A stretch of 64,000 nucleotides of DNA from a virus (taxonomy: Duplodnaviria > Heunggongvirae > Uroviricota > Caudoviricetes). Position numbers and translations under genes: made by a program. This document shows positions 56,443 through 64,000 of the stretch, piece by piece. Numbering within the stretch: position 1 is the stretch's first letter; every line of letters starts with the position of its first letter. The notes under the pieces were generated by a model, which saw only the letters and a list, made by a program, of their open reading frames with translations, did not search any database and was not told the origin of the DNA. The stretch is taken from positions 26,827-90,826 of the IMG/VR virus record IMGVR_UViG_3300022719_000284; one strand, given 5' to 3'.

Positions 56443-58532
56443 TGGCTGTTTCTGTTAAAGAAGCGTCTTCCTTGGTTAAGGAAGAGGTAGGAGAAACGTT
56501 AGAATCGGTTCTTGGTCAAATATCTTTACTTGATTTGGATGTAAGTAATCTTAATTCATTGCTGGAGAAATACAACTTAATATCTAGAGATGTGCTTGGG
56601 TTAAGTTATGAAAATCTAGTTGATACTAGAAAACTTCCTCCAATTAACCCAACCGTACTATTTGATCAAAAAAGAATAGGGTTTTCTGATATTACAGTAT
56701 TAGGGAATATATTTTTTCCTTCTTTGCCTACTTCTAATAATTTAGAAGCTACCCAAATCTTTTACCTAAGTGTGGGGAATAAACTTTCTATTGTCGAATC
56801 TCAGCTATCAGAACATCCCCCGGGAAACAGTGAAAACAATACCTTTACCAACGCTTCTAGTAAATTTTCTGTTAAATCAGTTTCATCTAGGGATTCTAGA
56901 GGTGTTTTGAAGACCAAAGATGAGATTTCTAGGGAATTAGGCATAGACTCTTTTGAACTTTTTACTTTCCCTGATCTTCCTCAAACGTCTTTTGCTGTTT
57001 ACATGGACTTCATTAGCGTGAACGAACCGATGTCCAGTATTAGCAGAAGGTTGAATTTACCGATAAATCAAATTGTAAATAAAATTAACTGGTTTGGGAG
57101 TGTAAACGCTAATTCCAATAATTTTTCTAAGATGAGAGTAAATTTAGGTTTACCTTCTATACAAATCAGATCTGCATCTTTTGGGGATGATATTGGTGTA
57201 GCAAGCTCAAAGTTTTTTGATGATCTGTTAGAGGAAATGATAGATCAGTTTAATTTTGTTGATGGATCGATTCCAAGTCCTTCTGCCCTTTTGAATATTT
57301 TAAACGTTGTTCAACAAAATGCTCTAGAATTCTTAGCTCAGTTTAGTTTTGAAACTATAGTCCTAACTGATACATTTATATTGGAGAAAACAAGAAAAGC
57401 AGGAGTAAGTGACAAAGAATTAGAGTTTTCATTGAAAAACAGAAAAGATATCAACTTCACTGGGGCAGACTTGGAAGCCAACTCTCTTTTAACTACAGTT
57501 TTTCCTCCAACCAGCAACTCTTCTGATAGAGTAGCTCTAGCTTCTATCCTCCAACAAGATTCTGATACCCCTAGATACACTAACAGGGCATTGAACATTC
57601 CTGTAGATAGAAGAGAAATAGTTTCCGTTGCAGCAAAGAAGCTTATTGCAGGAATAAATGCTAGAAGTTTGATACTAAAAAGAGCCGATATTGACAACTC
57701 AACTATAGCTAATGTGATGTCTAATGTTTTAGCAGACTTAAACGAGCTACAATTAGCATATTCTGAATATTTGACTCCACCGGAAACTGTTACTAGAAAA
57801 GAAGGCACCCGTACAACTGAATCAGCAAATATTACCATAACTAGAGTTTCTAATTTAGTAAAAACTCTAAGAATTTCTGATCAAATAACAAATTTTCCCT
57901 TGGGCTTCGATAATAATATAAATCCCGATATTCAAGAAATTCTAAGCTCCTTGTTGGTAATGACTACAGCCATAGAAACATATCTAAACACCTATAGAAA
58001 AGGTCAGGTTAGAGATTTTCTAGCTTTTGCTATTTCCATATCTAGCGTGACAAATATTTTGTTCTCCGACGGGGAGCCTTTTAGAAATGTTATTGTTAAA
58101 GAGACACCAGAGGTCACCAGTAGACTGAAGCAATCTATAACAAAAAATATACTTAATGATGAGGAAAGTATTGATTTTTACAGAGGAGTATCTTTACAGG
58201 TAGGGGAACTTACCTCCGTTTTAAGGGGAACAACGGAAGATGACCCCGTAGGGAAGTTGTTAGATATGCCGTTAGCCTTATTGGATTCAGTTTTACCTTC
58301 TCAATCCGTTGTATCTTCGTTTAGCGTAGACTTGGAGGGTGACCAAGAACCAGCTCTACGGCAAATAAGAAACAGCTTTGACGTTCTTAGAAGAACTGTT
58401 TCTTCAACAATTCGAGACCTTAATGTGCTATCCGTTAACTTTGGGTGCGCTTTTACAGATGCAGAATTCTTAGTTTCTAGGTTATCCGGGGATTCTGTGA
58501 GTAACCTTATTACAGCCTTAAGGCAGAATTAA
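56442..58532 (+). CDS. Hypothetical protein in the baseplate module (probable virion protein)
   Basis: 696 aa, coupled to the spike gene. Confidence 0.6.
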   Translation: MAVSVKEASSLVKEEVGETLESVLGQISLLDLDVSNLNSLLEKYNLISRDVLGLSYENLVDTRKLPPINPTVLFDQKRIGFSDITVLGNIFFPSLPTSNNLEATQIFYLSVGNKLSIVESQLSEHPPGNSENNTFTNASSKFSVKSVSSRDSRGVLKTKDEISRELGIDSFELFTFPDLPQTSFAVYMDFISVNEPMSSISRRLNLPINQIVNKINWFGSVNANSNNFSKMRVNLGLPSIQIRSASFGDDIGVASSKFFDDLLEEMIDQFNFVDGSIPSPSALLNILNVVQQNALEFLAQFSFETIVLTDTFILEKTRKAGVSDKELEFSLKNRKDINFTGADLEANSLLTTVFPPTSNSSDRVALASILQQDSDTPRYTNRALNIPVDRREIVSVAAKKLIAGINARSLILKRADIDNSTIANVMSNVLADLNELQLAYSEYLTPPETVTRKEGTRTTESANITITRVSNLVKTLRISDQITNFPLGFDNNINPDIQEILSSLLVMTTAIETYLNTYRKGQVRDFLAFAISISSVTNILFSDGEPFRNVIVKETPEVTSRLKQSITKNILNDEESIDFYRGVSLQVGELTSVLRGTTEDDPVGKLLDMPLALLDSVLPSQSVVSSFSVDLEGDQEPALRQIRNSFDVLRRTVSSTIRDLNVLSVNFGCAFTDAEFLVSRLSGDSVSNLITALRQN

Positions 58533-58533
58533 T

Positions 58534-59217
58534 ATGCCAATTGACACATTTTTATCCACTGACCTTTTTGACAATCTTACGGACGAAGAAAGAATCAAAG
58601 TTCAGAGATTCCAAGTAGTAAGACCCATAGACCTTCCTAAATACTTTAACGCTGGGACCCAAAGCTTAGGAGAAGAGCCTCAAGAGACTATTTCTAGATC
58701 TTTTGAAGCGTTTTTGATACTCCAAGCTATTAAAAATCCGGATGTTCTATCAGATGCTAATATTTGGTTTAGCGAAGCAGCTACTCTCCAACTCCGAAGA
58801 GCAGACAGAGATGACCTCTTAGAAGAAGCATTTGAATTAGAAAAAAGAGATGCTTTAGCTAAAGTGCAAGAGATAAGAGGAAGAACAGAAAGATTCAATA
58901 GATTCAGATCTACATTCCAAACAATAGAAGTAGGGCCAAATTATGATCCCTTAAGTTACCCACCATCTAGATTTAGCGGTATACCGGAAATAGGTCTCAT
59001 AATGAGAGATTCACAAGCAGCTATGGGTGAAATTGCTTTTGATCAGAGAAGAGAAGAGCATAGACTGGTAGAAACTGAAGTTTTGGATATAGATAGAATA
59101 ACTAGAAGAAGGTCTCAAGATAGTGTCAGTGGAATTGCTGATGATAGAATTGCCGAGGAGCTTTTATCTTGGAGGGATGTAATTTCTTCTATGCAGGCTA
59201 GAGTTACGGGAGCATAA
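58534..59217 (+). CDS. Hypothetical protein in the baseplate module
   Basis: 227 aa, 1-nt gap. Confidence 0.6.
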   Translation: MPIDTFLSTDLFDNLTDEERIKVQRFQVVRPIDLPKYFNAGTQSLGEEPQETISRSFEAFLILQAIKNPDVLSDANIWFSEAATLQLRRADRDDLLEEAFELEKRDALAKVQEIRGRTERFNRFRSTFQTIEVGPNYDPLSYPPSRFSGIPEIGLIMRDSQAAMGEIAFDQRREEHRLVETEVLDIDRITRRRSQDSVSGIADDRIAEELLSWRDVISSMQARVTGA

Positions 59218-59218
59218 A

Positions 59219-59734
59219 ATGGCATCCACTTTTAGAATGGTTGATGGAGATTTGTTCTTTGACATTAATGGAAGATTAAATCAAATTGAAGGTTTTGACA
59301 AGGTTAGCCAAGATATTGCAGAGATACTATTAACGGAATTTGATCCAGATAGAGATTATGGAAGTGAGCTAGCTTTGACCGATTCGTCGCCGGTGTTTAA
59401 CGTATCAGAGGCTCAAGTATCTTCATACGTGCTTGATGCTGTGGAAAGACTTCGAAACCTGCAAAGAACTAACCCGACAACAACTTTGCAGGAAGAAATA
59501 GCTTCAATTGATCAAATTCAAGTCTTTAAAAACGACCAAACAGAGGTAACGTTTGGGTTAGCTGTTACTACGTCAGCAGGGCCAAGAATTGAATCAGGGA
59601 TAGCGTTAGCAACTAAGCCTGTTGCCCTTAATCATCTGCTACCCCCATCGAAGACTCAACAAGATCAAGAGTTTGAAAGAAAAATAAGTCGCAGAAGTGG
59701 CTCTATTACGGGAGAAATAAATAATGGCTCGTAG
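59219..59734 (+). CDS. Baseplate wedge gp25-like protein
   Basis: GDLFFD...DIAEILLT...DYGSEL; located before baseplate J. Confidence 0.7.
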   Translation: MASTFRMVDGDLFFDINGRLNQIEGFDKVSQDIAEILLTEFDPDRDYGSELALTDSSPVFNVSEAQVSSYVLDAVERLRNLQRTNPTTTLQEEIASIDQIQVFKNDQTEVTFGLAVTTSAGPRIESGIALATKPVALNHLLPPSKTQQDQEFERKISRRSGSITGEINNGS

Positions 59735-61124
59735 TATAGAAGATGTCACAGCTTCTATTCAGCAGTCTGTAGAAGCTTCTGACCCTACAATTGAATCCCG
59801 TAGTGGGCCAGTTTTTAATATAATGGTCCAGCCTGTGGCAAACGAAGTTGCTAGAATCGAGGCAGAGCAAGAACGAATTGGGGCTCTGTATTCGTTACAG
59901 TTTCAAAATGTAGCTACATCAGAGGAAACTGAAGCTTTAGCCACTAATTTTGGAATACAAAGGGCGCCAGGAACCAGAGCTTCTACACCTGTGTTCTTTT
60001 TTAGATTTACAAGGCCCCAAGAACCTGCTTTAGTTCGTCGCGGATCTCTTATCAGTAATCTAGACGGTACTCTTCAATATATAGTGCAGGAAGACGCCGT
60101 AATTGATCCAGATAATGCTGATGCATTTTTTAACGCTGCTAGAAGAACGTATGAGGTTCAAGTAAACGCAGAAGCTGTTTCTCCGGGAGGGAGATATAAT
60201 GTACCTGCGTTTAGAATCCAAACTTTGGTCACACCCAATACAGATTTTGACGGTGTTGAAAATAGAGCACCAGTAGATGGTGGGTCAGAAGAGGAAACGC
60301 AAGCACAAGAAGTTACCAGAATTAGAGAAAGGTTCTCTGGGCTGAACACTGGTTCTGTAGATGGAGTCAAGTTTATAGCTTCGAACTCTTTTCCGGAATT
60401 CATAAGAGATGTTGCCGTTATTCAGCCAAGTAGCACTTTATTTAAGAGAACACCGAGTACACCTGCTATAGATATTTACATAGCAGGAAGCAATGTTGAA
60501 GCGGTTAGACAAAACTATGTCGCTTTAGGTGGAGAAGACACTATAGTAATAGCCAGCCCCCCGTCTATTGCTTCTTCCTTATCATTAAGTATAAATGGGG
60601 TTATGACATCTAATGCTTCCATAGTGAATGATTCTGGAGTATTAGCGGGAAGCATAAGAGCAACCGACACAGTGCATTTACAAAGCCCTCTTTCTGCCGG
60701 AGATGTGGTAACTTTTGCTTATACCTTCAATAGATTGGTCTTAGACGTACAAAATGAGTATGAGCCAACAAACATTGGAGACTCTCTGCTGTTTGGGACT
60801 GATATACTGGTTTATGAGGCTAAACAGGCTCCCATTACAATTCAAATGTCTATAAGAGTTGCTTCATCTTTTGATGTCCCGAGAACTACAGATCAGGTAC
60901 AAAATGTAACGTTGGATTACATAGAAAGAAATGAATTTGGGGCCATACTTTTCCCAGAAGAGCTTAGAACAAACATTTTGACATCAGTTCAAGGTGTTAC
61001 TTCACTAGATCTAAATCAGTTTAGAAGGACAGATAAATCGTCTAGAGATGTAGAAATCATAGAGATAGATGATAATGAAATATCAGTTATTGATGATGCT
61101 GCCTTTCAACTGAACGTCAGATAA
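59724..61124 (+). CDS. Baseplate J-like wedge protein
   Basis: FGIQRAPGTRAS, AVSPGGRYNV, GGSEEET...RIRER, GSVDG, FPEE. Confidence 0.85.
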   Translation: MARSIEDVTASIQQSVEASDPTIESRSGPVFNIMVQPVANEVARIEAEQERIGALYSLQFQNVATSEETEALATNFGIQRAPGTRASTPVFFFRFTRPQEPALVRRGSLISNLDGTLQYIVQEDAVIDPDNADAFFNAARRTYEVQVNAEAVSPGGRYNVPAFRIQTLVTPNTDFDGVENRAPVDGGSEEETQAQEVTRIRERFSGLNTGSVDGVKFIASNSFPEFIRDVAVIQPSSTLFKRTPSTPAIDIYIAGSNVEAVRQNYVALGGEDTIVIASPPSIASSLSLSINGVMTSNASIVNDSGVLAGSIRATDTVHLQSPLSAGDVVTFAYTFNRLVLDVQNEYEPTNIGDSLLFGTDILVYEAKQAPITIQMSIRVASSFDVPRTTDQVQNVTLDYIERNEFGAILFPEELRTNILTSVQGVTSLDLNQFRRTDKSSRDVEIIEIDDNEISVIDDAAFQLNVR

Positions 61125-61125
61125 A

Positions 61126-64000
61126 ATGTCAATTTCAATAGAACTACAAGAACAGGTATATCAAGAAAACCTCGATAATCTATTGAGGGGAAGTAATAGC
61201 CCAACTTTGGGGTCTTACAAAGGTGTTCCTCGTGGGAATTTTACTCATTTGGACGGCCCTATAACACAATTTTCTGTCATAGAAACCCCATTCAAAATTG
61301 TAACAGATAGCCCTGGGGAAATACACACAATAAGATCTGAATTAATCAGTAACGCTACAGAAGCAAATATCTTAGCTATTAGGAATAGGGTCACTGAAAA
61401 GACTTTTGTACCTGTAAACAACGTAGTAACAGTTACAGTACCTCTTCTAAAAGGTGAGAATCAAATAACGATTAGCACAGTTAATGACAGGTCATTCACT
61501 TCCGTTATTGCAACACATTTTGGAACATTTTTAACTACTTATGCTCGTGAAATATTTAATAGTACACAGAATCCTCTTAATGAGCAAAATCGTGCATTGT
61601 TTAGTAATTTTTCATCTAGGATCACAGAAACACTGATCCCGTTTCAAGACCTGTATGCAGATCCAAAGTCTCTCAGAACACTAATCAGTAGATTTGTAAC
61701 CAGAGCTTACATGACAAAGAATGGATCTACCGATGGGGTTCGAGATTTTACAGCAGCTTTACTAGGTACCACGCCCATCTTTATTCCAACTAAAACAGAT
61801 CAAAACCTGTTCGAGCCTGATGTAGTTCCTCTCTTTAAGAGTCAACTAGAATTTGGAGGTTATGAAGCTCATACGTGGATTCCAAATTTTGAAATAACAC
61901 ATTGGTTAGCTTTTTTGAGATTGATAAACAGCTCCAGACACTTTTACTCTATAGAGGAAGTCGGAGAGAATGAAATACTAGTAAACGCCAACGGATTTCC
62001 TGAGATTCATAGATTCGATTTTGATGACCCTACGTCTACTGCGTATAGCGAATTCAATTTTACAGAGTTTAGAATAGTAGTGGAGGTGCTAACCAAACTA
62101 AATATTAGGTTCTGTGCAGTTGGGTATCCTTTTGATTTATTTGTATCGGAAAGCAACCCGTTAGGGACTAAAAGAATAGCTCTAGATTCAAATATTCCTC
62201 TAGATTCTGGGGAAGCTTTTGATGCCCCTTCGATAGACCCAGGGGACGATGGGTGGATAGGTTTAACCCTATCTGGTAGATTTGAGGATTTTTCTTTGAA
62301 CCACAACCCTATTCAATTAGCCTTGGATTCCTTGTTCATAACCCCTTCTTTTGAATCCGGGTTACCAGACTGTGTGTACGAAGGATTCTTTACACAACAA
62401 ATATCTACCTTAAGTGGAGAGATAGATATAAATTCTGAGTTTGATAGTGAGGGTAGCTTATCCAGTGAACTAGAAGAACAAACTATAGAGAGTTTCGAAG
62501 TTGATACCACAATTGAAGATTTCAGCAATATATCGGACTGGTCAATTACTGGATCCTCACCCGGAACAATAGAAAGTAGCGATGAAATAGTTATTGCGGG
62601 GACATCTTCAATTAAACACGTACAACCGGCAGGAAGTGGTTCCTTCCCTATTATTATCAAATCCTACAATACCCCCATTGATCTTTCTGAGGCAGGTGGA
62701 AAGATATTGTACTTCACAGTTTACCTAGGTAATCAAGCAATACCAGAATCCATAGAGGGTATTCCCTCACATCCGGGGAATTTATGGTATCTTAATATTG
62801 CTCTAGTTGACGGGGATGGAAACCAAAGAAGCTACTCATACTACAAAGAAGATTTGAAAAAAGGATTAAACATACTCCCAATAATGTTGGAGTACCCATC
62901 TAGTGTATCTGCTAACGGTGAGGATTGGGACATTTCCTCTATATCGGAAATACGTATAAGCCCTAGACCGGTTCCAAATCATGCAGGATGGAATGATATT
63001 TATTTAGGTCGTCTTCATTTGCTGCACCCTCAAGCTTACTTCAGGCCAGCAAGAGCAAAAATAGAATTTGAAGACATAGATAACATAGCTCCTGATTCTC
63101 TTTTGGGAAGTGAACTAGTTTTTACTGATAGATTTGGAAACACTCAAACATTCAAAGGAGACGATTCCTACAATACTTTGGATAAACAAGCAGGATTCGC
63201 AGACACAGAAACAGTGTATTTTCCTGGGTTGTACAAAATACAATCCACAAGTGGAATAGGAACAGAAGGTTTTAACCGATATATCACAGCTCTTAATCTA
63301 CAAAGAGAGATGGGAAGACAATTACACGAAAAATCTAACGTAATTGCTGCCCCACAACAAATAGTAGGGCTCCCGGATACCGATGAAGAAGTTTTTGTAA
63401 ATATATTTAGCAAGCAATTTTCACCCACGGGTAATAAAAGAACTATAAATCTTGTTAATCCTAATCCCTATTCAGATCTTATAGACTTTACAGGGTTTTC
63501 AGGAGGAACATTAGGTTTTAGTGAAAGGCTTCTAGGGATCCCTGGATCAGCCCTAGCGCAGCAATTCACTTCCGCCGGACCCCTGACAGCTAGGTTCTTA
63601 GAAATATTCTTGTATAGAGTTGGAGACCCTGTTGGAAGCATAACAGCTTCTATTCATGAGGACGATTCTGGAAAGCCCGGAACACTTTTGGAAAGAGCAG
63701 AAAACGTTATTGCCAGAAATATCACAGACGGAATACCCGGATATACGCTATTTAGACTTCTAGATGATATAAATCTATCAGCGGCTACAGATTATTGGAT
63801 TGTAGTTTCTGGTAATCCTGAATATTTTGAAGGTATAAATTTTTTTGAATCAGATTTCGATGAGCCCTTTCCATCCGATACTAGTGGTTCTTCTTTTAGT
63901 TCAACATTCAACAATCCAAAGTTCGTATGGGTTCCAAAAGAAGGAAACCCCGCGGGAAGTAACTCCGGTATCATAAATGGATCAGACAATTTAAGACTCG
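61126..64000 (+). CDS. Large baseplate wedge / tail-fibre attachment protein, truncated by the window end (absent from the ORF track)
   Basis: ATG 1 nt after the baseplate J stop; I read the frame as open to 64000 (958 codons); GSTDGVRDFTAALLG wedge-like motif; LAQQFTS...DYWIVV beta-sandwich. Confidence 0.8.
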   Translation, partial: MSISIELQEQVYQENLDNLLRGSNSPTLGSYKGVPRGNFTHLDGPITQFSVIETPFKIVTDSPGEIHTIRSELISNATEANILAIRNRVTEKTFVPVNNVVTVTVPLLKGENQITISTVNDRSFTSVIATHFGTFLTTYAREIFNSTQNPLNEQNRALFSNFSSRITETLIPFQDLYADPKSLRTLISRFVTRAYMTKNGSTDGVRDFTAALLGTTPIFIPTKTDQNLFEPDVVPLFKSQLEFGGYEAHTWIPNFEITHWLAFLRLINSSRHFYSIEEVGENEILVNANGFPEIHRFDFDDPTSTAYSEFNFTEFRIVVEVLTKLNIRFCAVGYPFDLFVSESNPLGTKRIALDSNIPLDSGEAFDAPSIDPGDDGWIGLTLSGRFEDFSLNHNPIQLALDSLFITPSFESGLPDCVYEGFFTQQISTLSGEIDINSEFDSEGSLSSELEEQTIESFEVDTTIEDFSNISDWSITGSSPGTIESSDEIVIAGTSSIKHVQPAGSGSFPIIIKSYNTPIDLSEAGGKILYFTVYLGNQAIPESIEGIPSHPGNLWYLNIALVDGDGNQRSYSYYKEDLKKGLNILPIMLEYPSSVSANGEDWDISSISEIRISPRPVPNHAGWNDIYLGRLHLLHPQAYFRPARAKIEFEDIDNIAPDSLLGSELVFTDRFGNTQTFKGDDSYNTLDKQAGFADTETVYFPGLYKIQSTSGIGTEGFNRYITALNLQREMGRQLHEKSNVIAAPQQIVGLPDTDEEVFVNIFSKQFSPTGNKRTINLVNPNPYSDLIDFTGFSGGTLGFSERLLGIPGSALAQQFTSAGPLTARFLEIFLYRVGDPVGSITASIHEDDSGKPGTLLERAENVIARNITDGIPGYTLFRLLDDINLSAATDYWIVVSGNPEYFEGINFFESDFDEPFPSDTSGSSFSSTFNNPKFVWVPKEGNPAGSNSGIINGSDNLRL

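Noticed and set aside
52490-57838. Long antisense ORFs (e.g. 52979-53476, 57338-57838) and other shadow ORFs in the track
   Set aside because: They lie opposite well-supported genes, lack RBSs and motifs, and have shadow-frame composition.
1-64000. Stop-codon reassignment, as in some jumbo phages
   Set aside because: Conserved proteins are full length in code 11, and genes end cleanly at TAG, TGA and TAA with tight ATGA/TAATG couplings.

Overview
This window is a segment of a large (jumbo-type) lytic myovirus-like bacteriophage genome. It uses the standard genetic code, is AT-rich and densely packed, and is almost all on the + strand. From left to right: (1) 1-17.6 kb is a recombination, replication and nucleotide-supply module (RecA, SbcD, HTH-fused GMP reductase/IMPDH, dNMP kinase, DnaX, class II ribonucleotide reductase with two LAGLIDADG inteins, KhpA-like KH protein, SbcC, RNA ligase). 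(2) 17.6-25.6 kb is a minus-strand accessory island (NAMPT + NMNAT/Nudix NAD+ salvage pair, vWA/HExxH protein + MoxR ATPase) preceded by repeated sigma28-like promoter motifs. (3) 25.8-33.1 kb holds an EndoVII-dCMP deaminase fusion, ATP-dependent DNA ligase, MazG-like protein, SF2 helicase, patatin and PhoH. (4) 33.2-41.2 kb is an 11-gene glycan-building and decorating cassette (5 glycosyltransferase-like genes, pyruvyltransferase, sulfotransferase, 2 methyltransferases, 2OG-Fe dioxygenase, Rieske protein). (5) A decayed ORF and an aberrant tRNA-like element follow. (6) 41.8-51.6 kb is a bacterial-type replisome block (dead DnaC-like protein, DnaB, 5'-3' exonuclease, UvrD, DEDDh exonuclease, beta clamp). 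(7) 51.6-64 kb is a contractile-tail baseplate module that runs off the end. The best candidates for undescribed biology are the glycan cassette, the sigma28-like regulon on the accessory island, and a covarying RNA hairpin in front of both NAD+ salvage genes. All assignments come from motif recognition by eye; no database searches were run.
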